Source of the DNA: a phage
Reading direction: 5' to 3' (one strand)
Length of the DNA stretch: 64,000 nucleotides
Assembly (NCBI GenBank): GCA_026683435.1
Contig: GCA_026683435.1_4866.1
The notes beneath the pieces are model-generated. The model saw only the letters and a program-made list of their open reading frames with translations. It was not told the origin of the DNA and did not search any database. Shown piece by piece: positions 39,301 through 47,031 of the stretch. The first letter of the stretch is position 1, and the number at the start of each line of letters is the position of its first letter. The translations under genes were made by a program, and so were the position numbers.

Positions 39301-40476
39301 GCATTGATTACCGATGCGGCGAACATGATGGGCGTGCCACCTGCAGTAGCGTTAGCAATGGCTAAAGCGGAATCCGGTTTTAACTACACCGCTAAAAACC
39401 CGTATGCTTCGGCGTCTGGGCTGTTCCAGTTCATTGACGGCACGTGGAACGGGATGATGAAGGGGTATTCGCGGAAGTTCGGTATTCCGCGTGTTAACCA
39501 AATGGACCCGTGGGCGAATGCTATATTGGGTGTACAGTTCATTCGTGACAACATCCAACAAGCACAGCGTGACCTGGGTGGTAAAGCACCACCTCCAGCC
39601 GTGGCTTATCTGTACCACTTCTTGGGTGCAGGCGGCGGTAAGAAGTTCTTGGAAGCATGGAAGCGTAATCCGAATATGGCGGCATCAAGTGCTCCTGGGA
39701 TTACATCTGCAATACTGAGAGGGAATGCCAACGTCTTCTACAGCAACGGTCGTATACGTAGCGTAGACGGGGTTATTCAGGAACTGAACCGCCGCATGGG
39801 CGCAATTTCCGCCAACGAAGTCGCTGCCGATCCGAGTAAGACGAAGGATATGGTTGCAGGCTTGTCGCCTAATTCACCAACCAACCCGGCAGCAGCAATG
39901 GGTGCACCGGCCGCTAATGATCCGAGTCTGTCGCCAGCAGATAACCTGCCGGCAGATAATGCTAATCGTCGTGATGACGCATTGACGCAGAAAGGGGCCA
40001 TGGCGGCACAAGATGCAATGGCTACCGCCGCAGGTAATGTAGGACCAGCAGCACCTACACCAACCACAGGCGGTACCGGAACATCCGATGCCTCAACAAC
40101 GGCCGAAACCGTAGCGTCGCAAGCTGCAGCAGAAGGATTGTCTGCGACGGATGTTGCTAAAGTGAAAGCAGGCGCGGAAGCGCAGGTTAACGCAGCAGCT
40201 CGTCCAGTTGCCGCTCCAACTTCTGATGCTACAGCATCGACGCCAACGCTGAATGGTGACCCGATAGATGTTCAGCAGCTCAAGGTACTGATTCAGTCTC
40301 GCGATTACTTGAAAGAGATTCGTGATATTTTGAAATCAAATCCAAGAGCGGCAAACGACACACGGGGTGGTAGTATCCAGCAAGCGGCAAATGTGGCTCC
40401 TCCGGGCTCAGCTGCACGTAGGCAGGAAATAACCCAACCGACACCGTCGTTAAACGTAAGTCGGAAAGCAAGCTAA
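33355..40476 (+). CDS. giant virion protein (2373 aa) with C-terminal lytic transglycosylase (SLT) domain; putative tape-measure / cell-wall-penetrating protein
   Basis: SLT signature AKAESGFNYTAKNPYASASGLFQFIDGTWNGM near nt 39350-39700; hydrophobic segment (aa ~1350-1440); Gly-rich and basic repeats (AKRGVKGAW, FAKRGVDRLK); uninterrupted 7.1-kb ORF. Confidence 0.85.
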   Translation: MAKRGKDGFDDIDLDRLDDWDDFGEPPRPKDEKKRSPILSTLNVARKSALSTIWPEGKRDQVILKGMPKPAADAYEGYQSAAAAAKDIYAHTKGELEKTERTLKMQARQLGPTMKKYLPDAVTKRIDKWSKSDQLDYQNYDPNQALMDRELGDVFSGVPKDADEQRQLQDRMVEDKLRDSIKEMRADAMHQTMIGMAKDINLLTGLSRGVFLNIERKKLELQYRTLFAIQDIVKMKQSEFDRNTPALEAIVKNTALPDYAKEDFSEVRWANVKRQAAEWMNPLRYADGFMDMIRENTKKKISGIFGEGRGLLESVLGMGVEDDFGMSDSSSLTAERRKTNARDKATAWGSGFLAKKLLGPQIEKLQKWTREEMEKNPEVMKRLQKGAFTFGNLSSISNSAIAGETQGPLADLFRVLNELGIVQPLNREKAFLDERNGETLSRSAKFDRKAYLSLVEVIPAWLAEINKSVRRGYGEHADLEYDITSRGFVDRKVVGNRVRKAVANDEQRLRLQNSINSTVDFVDRGKTLSQKDRQHLADYIESRASQGRAFDVEAILKDPMHLHRYMPGNAAERIKEALQGHSDSLVGGSNELSNELARKISTVQSSITQRQAIIDEAVNIYGERALRDAGIFNYDAKSDTFGVDKDLSDPYTLFNDLAMGKTRSGRALTRDQEIQRKLQNGSALGDYLRRMNQGASGGADDTSLPPALRGGGKGRGMSPRQLAAVLYGETSTNFVELLSQRNRGEEAPRNNFDGIIEAIRGNNNSDTLQKILEHVRSMDEEGVLLASLAGGAGSGDEEMGPPRPGGGSGGGKRRRIIIGEDGLIRRWGGVLFDTAAGIGGFAKRGVKGAWNKLNQFGGWARGKIAGMGGGEGPGFLTRMRGLISGSVRGGFEAVSSFGKGLLGIRDVYDDHGNVVLQGARLEAGEYYQVIDGKMVQLKTLDDIKLGSDIVDSAGNLVLAAADLAAAGKLRYYKGGKIQALTQGLASKIGLGFNKVAKLPKRFLDFLSPKAGSIVGKIKDWLNEIPEGEEKTRLQKAFNRVTSLPGKVLGFAKRGVDRLKDMITDNPLTRWWKGRKDGGGGGFSIFSSTGKKTNHILIRIYKLLNQRLPGDPEDESWTEEMEKGVGGGGSTIGRAVRGAYNRAKSSLSERFGGRWSRTKAFFGRGRDRLRGWFSGFRGRAGDMLDGYRGARHDIATRYEVERRLAGRDDDVAEFYRSHLNAKGGLSGRKVYGDAKDDLETARDAAGRVINKGKNAAKSAGARLFERLDRMIGLQEMSWFNTMRESVSRAGGDDGIIRTMFAKFGKRNKPPESDEKRDYLNFFKRWREKRKEKKEKAQGSKGKSGGLWDMVKGLPIIGPIVSILGTVGNILGSITKWGVLKPVGLLGKAAWNVGKFAVTRLAAPAVSAVATAASAVVTAVGWPAILIGGAIAAAGYAAYRIATTTYTQYLDKMRLAQYGFRDYDKWSSDDGAKARYLEDALREYVSYAEDGQASLRGLSGKDVQKLAEGFGINVEEKGEMLAFQAFMLQRFIPIYLRWITALKSMPNSIQLADVGDAKKVSKEDMLTLFNKMKMTKDAKAFSSLTDPRKVNQGFFSKAWDVVTFTPKEFLSGEEVMEVQNEVERAIKSRMDDKKARKYGMAPAVEGIKSAGVDEAINKLGQLDNERNKNLAKVEGWEDGTEQVQIQVDWNAVLDQKDMNAMESVRWKTYGFTTIDNATRTLITVFEKNVIKDIDVKTASYKGDWKKAIASMVPDAIGTPKEDRLKRWFFDRFLPVFMTYLVGVKRYLPTADPLNLKLTGGYLYEISLMMSTAYSLKGGIRQSVWEVNINPLGGEANTNPSSIKAELETLKLLSKEADLAVRNMIKAIKNNGKRARWKDRNKNRSSLEVTDEDEEDSNISSGDSLSSDGARASGYIPSGTSGGVPGNLGQVVDAVGGVRNYAAMTTGSSSINLSDVKDGDYKSLAEKYPIEMLGRKGALNVPNIKALITDAANMMGVPPAVALAMAKAESGFNYTAKNPYASASGLFQFIDGTWNGMMKGYSRKFGIPRVNQMDPWANAILGVQFIRDNIQQAQRDLGGKAPPPAVAYLYHFLGAGGGKKFLEAWKRNPNMAASSAPGITSAILRGNANVFYSNGRIRSVDGVIQELNRRMGAISANEVAADPSKTKDMVAGLSPNSPTNPAAAMGAPAANDPSLSPADNLPADNANRRDDALTQKGAMAAQDAMATAAGNVGPAAPTPTTGGTGTSDASTTAETVASQAAAEGLSATDVAKVKAGAEAQVNAAARPVAAPTSDATASTPTLNGDPIDVQQLKVLIQSRDYLKEIRDILKSNPRAANDTRGGSIQQAANVAPPGSAARRQEITQPTPSLNVSRKAS

Positions 40477-40480
40477 TCGT

Positions 40481-40500
40481 AGGGGGTGGCAACACCCCCT
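40481..40500 (+). other. GCAA-tetraloop hairpin (agggggtg-gcaa-caccccct)
   Basis: Perfect 8-bp stem with GNRA-type loop, 5 nt after the giant gene stop. Confidence 0.5.
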
Positions 40501-40524
40501 AATCATCTTACAGAGAGGTTTTAC

Positions 40525-42747
40525 GTGGAAGCAAGACAACTAAAAGATTCAGGATGGGTAACCGGCCTGTTTGGCGGTACAACCGCACAACGCGATGAGC
40601 GTTTCCTGGGTTTGCGTCGTTACTCTAACGCGATGCTCTCGTTTGAAGATACCACGATGGGTGGTTCGCAAGCGTTAAATGCGCCGCCGCAGTTTACGAT
40701 GTTTGCTGATCCGAGTTCAACAGGCGCCTTTGCACAACCTGATGCGGGTCGTGGCTCGTACTCAAAGTACGTTAAAGGTCAAGACCAACGTGGTTCCTAT
40801 CGTTTAGGGACTTTCTATTACGAAGCTATTAACCAAAACAGTTTTTATCTTCATTGTCGTTTCGGTAAACCTCGATATATCGGGGTCGCTGCATTCTTCG
40901 CGAATATGTACGATTCCAACCTAGCGTATCTGGCGCGCACAGGTGACTACCCTGGTATGTTGCGTGCGATGGGGACGTATGTTGCCGCCGCAGCAATATG
41001 GGCCGCAGTAGGTACGGTTGCCTTTGCGGTTATTCTAATTACACCACGTATGTTGAAGATGGTGCTGAACAAGCAGACTTCTCGCTACTACTACGTGAAA
41101 CCGACAATGCACTTGTATCTGCGCGCTGTGCAGAATATGGTTAACACCCAGTTAGTTTATCGCCGATTGGTACCAACGGGTGTGTTAGGGACTTTCCAGC
41201 TTGCTAATGCTGTAGACGGGTCTGAGAAAGGCGGTACTGCTAATAAGTACAACGGCGACCGTAAAGAGTGGTACTCCATGCTGCCAGAAATCTGGACAGC
41301 TGATGGTGAGTTCGATATCTATCGAATGATTAACCGCTACCAAACATTAGCCAACTACCAGGCGAAAACCATCGATAAAATTCGTAAAGAGTCGAGTAAC
41401 GAAGAGGACATGGCTCGTCGTTTGCGAAACTTCTATCTGGAAGCGACGTATTCAACAACCCATTTGGAGAAAGCTGCGCAGTACGAGGTTTCTTTACGTA
41501 ACCTTGAATACGTAGCCAAAGCTGGTAAAGGGTACGATGCTGGTTTTGAAAACGTCGACAACAAAGAAGACGAACTGGTAGCAGGGATGAACGGCAGCAT
41601 TCAGGATGCTCAGTCACAAGGAGGTAAAGCTGAAAACTTCGAAAACGAAGGTGATGCGCAACGTAAAAAGCTTGCCGAGCGTATGGCACAGGTTGAAAAG
41701 AACCAGGCTCAGGTTGCTAAAAGTCAGACTGAAGCAAACTCAATGGATGAGAATAATCTCGACATTGGGAAGATTGAAAACTGGATGGACCAAGGCCAGA
41801 AAGAATCTGTCGGTAGCGTCTTCAAAGACTATATCGATATTTTAGAAGGCGCTATGGATGGGTTAACTTCGAACATCGCTTCGGAGATACGCAATGGTTC
41901 GCAGTGGATTACTTGGCGTGTTGATGGACGTGATACCGTAGGGCGTTCGTTCTCCAACACCACCAAAGAACCTGAAATCTCTGGCACGGTTAACTCCGCC
42001 ACACAGAAAGCACGTTCTTTAGAAGTAAACCTCTCTGGTGGTAAGACTGGTTTCGACGCAGTCGATGGTCTCATTACTGGGTTGAAGTCCGCCTTTACAG
42101 GCGCACTCGATTTCTTGCATTTATCAGGGATTATGTCGCTGTACAACTCGTCAGTGATTGACTTCCCGGAAGTGTGGGACTCCTCAGACACCTCAGGTGA
42201 CGATATCTCGCTAAGTATTCCCCTTCGCTGTTGGTCGGGTAACGACTTAGATGTGTTCCAGGATCTGATTGTCCCGTTGTCGTTCTGGTTAGCGGCAGTT
42301 TGCCCGTTAGCAACCGGTAAACAATCGTTTACGCACCCGTTCTATCTGGAGTGTTATTCTCGTGGTCATTATTCCATGCGTAATGCCATGGTAACTAACT
42401 TGAGTCTCCAGTTTGGTACAGGTGGGTTAGGGTGGCGTGCTGACGGTCTGCCGTTGTCGTGTGATATACAGGTAACTATTCGTGACCTGTCGCGTGTTAT
42501 GTACATGCCGATTGTAACTGATATTGGTGTGTTTGATGATGATAACAAGTTCAGTGAATTTATGTCTGTGTTGGGCGCTGCCACGCTTTACGAGCGTACC
42601 AACGGTATCGCGCAGGCTAAAATCAATGCGTCTATCTGGGCGCAGAACTGGGCAAGTGCCTGGTCACAGGGCAGCATCGTCAACGCCGCATTAGATATCA
42701 TACCAGCACGACAAATCGCGAACATTTTCCTACCACAAGCGCGATAG
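40525..42747 (+). CDS. hypothetical protein, putative virion protein (~740 aa)
   Basis: Long ORF; start placed at GTG 40525 preceded by AGAGAGG RBS (ORF track began at GTG 40486, inside the hairpin). Confidence 0.55.
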   Translation: MEARQLKDSGWVTGLFGGTTAQRDERFLGLRRYSNAMLSFEDTTMGGSQALNAPPQFTMFADPSSTGAFAQPDAGRGSYSKYVKGQDQRGSYRLGTFYYEAINQNSFYLHCRFGKPRYIGVAAFFANMYDSNLAYLARTGDYPGMLRAMGTYVAAAAIWAAVGTVAFAVILITPRMLKMVLNKQTSRYYYVKPTMHLYLRAVQNMVNTQLVYRRLVPTGVLGTFQLANAVDGSEKGGTANKYNGDRKEWYSMLPEIWTADGEFDIYRMINRYQTLANYQAKTIDKIRKESSNEEDMARRLRNFYLEATYSTTHLEKAAQYEVSLRNLEYVAKAGKGYDAGFENVDNKEDELVAGMNGSIQDAQSQGGKAENFENEGDAQRKKLAERMAQVEKNQAQVAKSQTEANSMDENNLDIGKIENWMDQGQKESVGSVFKDYIDILEGAMDGLTSNIASEIRNGSQWITWRVDGRDTVGRSFSNTTKEPEISGTVNSATQKARSLEVNLSGGKTGFDAVDGLITGLKSAFTGALDFLHLSGIMSLYNSSVIDFPEVWDSSDTSGDDISLSIPLRCWSGNDLDVFQDLIVPLSFWLAAVCPLATGKQSFTHPFYLECYSRGHYSMRNAMVTNLSLQFGTGGLGWRADGLPLSCDIQVTIRDLSRVMYMPIVTDIGVFDDDNKFSEFMSVLGAATLYERTNGIAQAKINASIWAQNWASAWSQGSIVNAALDIIPARQIANIFLPQAR

Positions 42748-42769
42748 TACACCACAGAGGTAGCGCATT

Positions 42770-43309
42770 ATGAGTTTATTTGGAAAGACCGCAAAAGAGT
42801 TGGTTTACGATCTTATCGTGTCCCAGAATCCCGGACTGGCTGGTAAGGGCGTGACCATCGATAAATTGTCGTTCGGTAACCCGTCGCACATCACCGCAGC
42901 CGATCCTGACCCAGAACAGTACACCAGACTGAACACCAGTCTCGATGTTTCTGGTATCGTTGAGAAAGGTACGTTTGGTAAGATGGGTCTTACTTACCGT
43001 CGACTGGACGTAGCCCACCTGTTTGAAAACGTGGTGCTGTCTGTAGATGGTAGTAGCGCATCCACTGCTGCTGATCTTGTCCCGTTATTGCAGGCTAAGT
43101 ATAACTGGATGATTGACACATCGGAGATCTATGCAAACGAGTCAATGACATCTTCCACGAAACACAATTTGCGTTTCAATGGCAAGTCTTTGGCTTGGAC
43201 TGGCACGGTTGAAGTTTATCTAACCGAAGTTCCAAGTGATGGCGTCGATATCAGTAAACTGATCACTGTTACTGAGCTGAATGGCTTGGTTTATGAAGTC
43301 TCGATATGA
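42770..43309 (+). CDS. hypothetical protein (179 aa)
   Basis: ORF with GAGGT RBS; followed by a terminator. Confidence 0.55.
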   Translation: MSLFGKTAKELVYDLIVSQNPGLAGKGVTIDKLSFGNPSHITAADPDPEQYTRLNTSLDVSGIVEKGTFGKMGLTYRRLDVAHLFENVVLSVDGSSASTAADLVPLLQAKYNWMIDTSEIYANESMTSSTKHNLRFNGKSLAWTGTVEVYLTEVPSDGVDISKLITVTELNGLVYEVSI

Positions 43310-43320
43310 CGCAGGCGTAA

Positions 43321-43375
43321 CAAAAAATAAGTATTACGAGTACCCCGTCGGGGTACTCGTTTGCTTTATTTTTTA
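43321..43375. terminator. bidirectional intrinsic terminator (acgagtacccc-gtc-ggggtactcgt)
   Basis: 11-bp stem 43336-43360 followed by ttgctttatttttt; A-run upstream; between convergent genes. Confidence 0.7.
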
Positions 43376-43795
43376 GCGTTCAATAATCACTTTTACGATA
43401 TCTTCTACCGGAGGGTAATACCACAGAACCACGCTGTTTCGTCCCAAGTCTTTTGGAAACGTTTGACAGTACGCAATGTCGGTGCCGAAGCGCTCAGAGA
43501 GCTTTAAAACGTTCTCTGGGAATTGACAGCCTCCTCGCCAATCATGCGTATAGAGTACCTGCTGTAGTAACTTCACATTAGCATCGAAGAAGTACAGATT
43601 TTCCACTGGCGCAATATGTGGTACCGGAATTGGCGTGTCTGTAAGTACGAACTCCAAACCACCACATTGTTCTGAACGCTCCGCTAGGAATTTCAGATGC
43701 CATGGCATTAGACCGTGGTCTTCCCAGACGATATTGTTGACCAGTAAACGATCAACGTATTCATCGTAATCAACCGTGAACAGTTTCTTCGCCAT
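43373..43795 (-). CDS. hypothetical protein (~140 aa)
   Basis: ORF; start placed at the ATG at 43795. Confidence 0.45.
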   Translation of the reverse strand: MAKKLFTVDYDEYVDRLLVNNIVWEDHGLMPWHLKFLAERSEQCGGLEFVLTDTPIPVPHIAPVENLYFFDANVKLLQQVLYTHDWRGGCQFPENVLKLSERFGTDIAYCQTFPKDLGRNSVVLWYYPPVEDIVKVIIER

Positions 43796-44711
43796 CGGTA
43801 AACGCCTCATCTTTTACAGTAAGGGAACCGTTTACTTCGATTTCAGCGGCGGTCATGTCTGCTTCTTTAACGAATATACCGTCCGCGTTCAGGAAACCCT
43901 TACGGTCTTTGATTTCATCCCACGCCAGAGAGAAACACTGTTCCAGAGTCATATCGTACGCATTAGCCAGCGCATTGGCGTATTCGACCATCTGCGCGAA
44001 GTGACATTCGATCATTACCGCGTCGCTGTTCTCGAAGTGTTTATATTCGAGTTGCTTAGCTGAGTCGATGCCGGCTTGATCCCAGATGTAATCAACAGCT
44101 GCTGTGAGATGGAAACGCATTTTGTGGAACAAGTAATGACTGTTCCCGGCATGTGGGTTCTTTGAACGCGCTTCGTTGACATATGTGCTGATATCGGTCG
44201 AGTCAAACTTAATGAGTTCCATCAAGTTAACCAGCACGACCAGAGCATCACCGATACCGTCCATGATGTAACGGCGTTTGTTTTTACTGATACCGGTTGC
44301 CGCTTCACCGTCTTCTTCGTAGAGTTTGGTGGCTTGGCTATACCAGACGCCGTTATCCAGAATACCACGCGCTTTAGACCAACCCATAACGTTAGTAATA
44401 CATTGTGGGATGGTGTACAAAGGTACGTAACGCGGACGATCAACCGTACCACGATACTCGACACCTTCCAATGTCCACGGCATTTCGAAATCGTTTACTT
44501 CTAAACTCTGATCGCCGGTAAAGACTTTACCTTCGACGTAAGTGTGACCGGTTTCACTGTTCACGCACAGGGTGTACAGTTTCTCAAAGGACCACGGTTT
44601 AACAAACTGACGTTGGCAAAATCCAGCCAGAAGCTCATTAATCTGTGCCAGGTACTGGTTAGGTTCAACAATTACGTTGTACGGAATCTGGATAATGAAA
44701 CGATCGCCCAT
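43770..44711 (-). CDS. hypothetical protein (313 aa)
   Basis: Long ORF; no secure motif. Confidence 0.55.
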   Translation of the reverse strand: MGDRFIIQIPYNVIVEPNQYLAQINELLAGFCQRQFVKPWSFEKLYTLCVNSETGHTYVEGKVFTGDQSLEVNDFEMPWTLEGVEYRGTVDRPRYVPLYTIPQCITNVMGWSKARGILDNGVWYSQATKLYEEDGEAATGISKNKRRYIMDGIGDALVVLVNLMELIKFDSTDISTYVNEARSKNPHAGNSHYLFHKMRFHLTAAVDYIWDQAGIDSAKQLEYKHFENSDAVMIECHFAQMVEYANALANAYDMTLEQCFSLAWDEIKDRKGFLNADGIFVKEADMTAAEIEVNGSLTVKDEAFTDGEETVHG

Positions 44712-44724
44712 TTTGATAGCTCCT

Positions 44725-44763
44725 TAAACAAAAAAATAACTAGGGTGTCCATATGGACACCCT
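44725..44763 (-). terminator. hairpin agggtgtcc-atat-ggacaccct with T-run on minus strand
   Basis: 9-bp stem; plus-strand A-run 44727-44737. Confidence 0.5.
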
Positions 44764-44974
44764 AATACGTATTTTAAATCTTGCACGCACCACCGGTGCA
44801 GTTGTCGTCGTCTTTCGACGGGTCAACGCCACCTTCCACACCTGCATCCGGGTCAAGTCCAGGGATAACCATCTCGTCATCCGGAGACATGTTTACATCC
44901 GCACCTAACCCATCACGATACATGAACGTTGTGGCTTGCCCACGACCGAGTTCTCCAGCCATATTTTCCTCTAC

Positions 44975-45454
44975 TTAATTAATCAGGTGTATCACAACGT
45001 CTGGCGTTACTACGTCGACCAGACTGCGATAGATTTTATCGTAACTGAACTTGTTGAAGAAGAAACCCGCTTCGTCGACAATAACCAAGCCGAATTTCTC
45101 GTAGCCGGATATACCAGCACCCGTCGCGCGTTTCCAACCCTCGGGCAAGTAGTTACAGTGTACGGTCAACCAACCGTTCCCGGCAGCCTTTTCATGGAAC
45201 TTCTCCACTACTTCGTTTCGTAACGATTCATTGTGGACCAGATACAGAACGCTGCCGTGGAACTTTGCTGACATATCAACGGCGTGTGTTGTAACGCCCT
45301 TCTGACGACCGGCACCGTAACGGATGGTACGGAACTCACTCAGTGCAATGTGTGGCAGGAAGCCACAGCTGCGGGCTTCATCGGAGTCCAGTTCGATAAG
45401 ACCTTTGGACAGTTCTTTTACCACGGCACGATAATCGATCCGAGTTATAGACAT
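44975..45454 (-). CDS. hypothetical protein (159 aa) with Walker-B-like LVIVDEAGFF
   Basis: ORF; resembles the thymidine kinase DEAQFF segment but no N-terminal P-loop. Confidence 0.5.
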   Translation of the reverse strand: MSITRIDYRAVVKELSKGLIELDSDEARSCGFLPHIALSEFRTIRYGAGRQKGVTTHAVDMSAKFHGSVLYLVHNESLRNEVVEKFHEKAAGNGWLTVHCNYLPEGWKRATGAGISGYEKFGLVIVDEAGFFFNKFSYDKIYRSLVDVVTPDVVIHLIN

Positions 45455-45465
45455 CTGTTTTCACC

Positions 45466-46233
45466 TTATTTGTAGTTAACCATATACGGCGCGCCCTGCT
45501 TAGTAAAGCCAACCGTCAGCTTGCTCGCCTCTTCTTTTACCCATGCGGGTAATTCTTCACGGAATGCCGGATTCAGGAACCAAATCTGCTCATAGCGCCC
45601 GTCAATCTTTTCAACAACACGTTCCCAACCTTCGACGTACGTCAACGAGAACCATTTAGAACGCGCCTGGCGTGCCCAGTAGTGGTATTCGATGGTTCGA
45701 CCGACGTGAGTCAAGACATCAATCAGAACTTGGTAGAAGCTCGGCTTTCCGATGACATGGCTATACTCGAAGATAACAGACTCTTCGCCAGGGACGAAGT
45801 TATCTTCAAAATTCTTCTCCCCTGTTAACGGTACCATTATCGTGTCGTCGTTGATACATAACAACCAGTGCTTATTCGAAAATATCGGCGTGTCGCCTGA
45901 GAAACGAGCCCAGCGATAATTTTCAATCGCGACGCCAATCTGTGGCCGTAGTGTATCGACCACCTTCGCTATCGCTGCAGGGTCTATCGGCTCATAAACC
46001 AGACAAATCGCTTGCGCTTGCTCTCTTTCCTGCTCAGGTTCCGCAGGTCGTGGTCGCCGCCCCAGCATCAAAATACCACTAAGATTAGTTTCCCCAATCT
46101 CAATGATTTCTATTTCGCTAGTGGGAAGCTGCCGTTTAGCGTCCTCCATGTCGACGGCCCCTAATAACCCGTATTCGTAGTCGTCAAATTCCACTGTGTA
46201 GAATTCATCGGAGAACGCAAAGAGTTTCATCAT
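45466..46233 (-). CDS. hypothetical protein (255 aa)
   Basis: ORF. Confidence 0.55.
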   Translation of the reverse strand: MMKLFAFSDEFYTVEFDDYEYGLLGAVDMEDAKRQLPTSEIEIIEIGETNLSGILMLGRRPRPAEPEQEREQAQAICLVYEPIDPAAIAKVVDTLRPQIGVAIENYRWARFSGDTPIFSNKHWLLCINDDTIMVPLTGEKNFEDNFVPGEESVIFEYSHVIGKPSFYQVLIDVLTHVGRTIEYHYWARQARSKWFSLTYVEGWERVVEKIDGRYEQIWFLNPAFREELPAWVKEEASKLTVGFTKQGAPYMVNYK

Positions 46234-46234
46234 C

Positions 46235-46486
46235 TTATTTCTCCATTGTTTTAAAGAGAACGTCTACGCTGTTACGGAGCATATTCAGTTCTTCTTCTTT
46301 CTTACGCAGCAGCATTTCAGGAGCGTTCTTTGCAAACTCTTTCAATGCCATTTGGACGACATGCGAATCGGTTTCGTCCGGGAACAGAGCCTTTAATGCG
46401 ACCCATTCTTCCGCCGTGAAAACGTCGCCTTTGCGAACATTACGCTGTTGTGGTAGTCGAATTGTTTTAGTGAGTCGGTCAGTCAT
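46235..46486 (-). CDS. hypothetical protein (~83 aa)
   Basis: ATG at 46486 overlaps upstream stop (ATGA); GGTGGAG RBS. Confidence 0.45.
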   Translation of the reverse strand: MTDRLTKTIRLPQQRNVRKGDVFTAEEWVALKALFPDETDSHVVQMALKEFAKNAPEMLLRKKEEELNMLRNSVDVLFKTMEK

Positions 46487-47019
46487 AGCTCCACCCAAAT
46501 CAGTTTAAAGGTATCACCTTCTAAGCCAGTCGGATGGATAATCATCGCTTCGGTATAGATAGGCTCTTCTTCTGCAATGCGGTGTTCAGCTGCTAAGCCT
46601 GAAAGGTGCATGTAGAGGTCTTCATCCATATCCCCGTTAAAAGATGAGGTCAGGATGAAAGGTGTGGATTCTGCGATTTGCAAAAGCGTTTCTTTGCTAA
46701 TCTGCATCTCCATTGTCCGACGTCGTTCCATCCAACTGCCTTGTTCGTGGATATACGGGTCGGTATTAATGCGAACGACAGGTTCCGTAGACACACCCAG
46801 ACCACGCGACATCATCTGGATGGCCAGAAGCGTCCACCATTCTTGTTCAGCTATCGGGAAACCGATAGCTTTCATCGTCCCGTCCGGTTGTGGAACGTGC
46901 AATTGCCCACGATGCTCGTCTGGAAACTCGATGATCTTCTGTCCATTGACAGGAACAAACGGCGGTTCGTCCGTAGCAACCACCACTTTAGGTTTGAATG
47001 GAACGACGTTGTCAACCAT
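46483..47019 (-). CDS. hypothetical protein (178 aa), co-transcribed downstream of thyA
   Basis: ORF; not DHFR-like on inspection. Confidence 0.55.
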   Translation of the reverse strand: MVDNVVPFKPKVVVATDEPPFVPVNGQKIIEFPDEHRGQLHVPQPDGTMKAIGFPIAEQEWWTLLAIQMMSRGLGVSTEPVVRINTDPYIHEQGSWMERRRTMEMQISKETLLQIAESTPFILTSSFNGDMDEDLYMHLSGLAAEHRIAEEEPIYTEAMIIHPTGLEGDTFKLIWVEL

Positions 47020-47031
47020 AAACGCTCCTAA

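Noticed and set aside
33852-40067. Numerous antisense or alternate-frame ORFs nested inside the 2373-aa gene (e.g. 34206..34754, 36267..36638, 37950..38351, 39777..40067)
   Set aside because: Fully contained within a long, well-supported ORF; their compositions (Ser/Arg/Pro-rich) are typical of antisense reading of Gly/Ala-rich coding sequence.
40486-40524. GTG at 40486 as start of the 753-aa ORF
   Set aside because: It lies inside the GCAA hairpin and has no RBS; the in-frame GTG at 40525 has a strong AGAGAGG Shine-Dalgarno.
44975-45454. Thymidine kinase
   Set aside because: A DEAGFF Walker-B-like segment resembles TK, but there is no N-terminal P-loop and the protein is too short; left hypothetical.
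46483-47019. Dihydrofolate reductase, expected by synteny directly next to thyA
   Set aside because: The 178-aa protein lacks the DHFR N-terminal G-x-G...PW region and overall register; similarity is limited to a short EGDT segment, so it is left as hypothetical.
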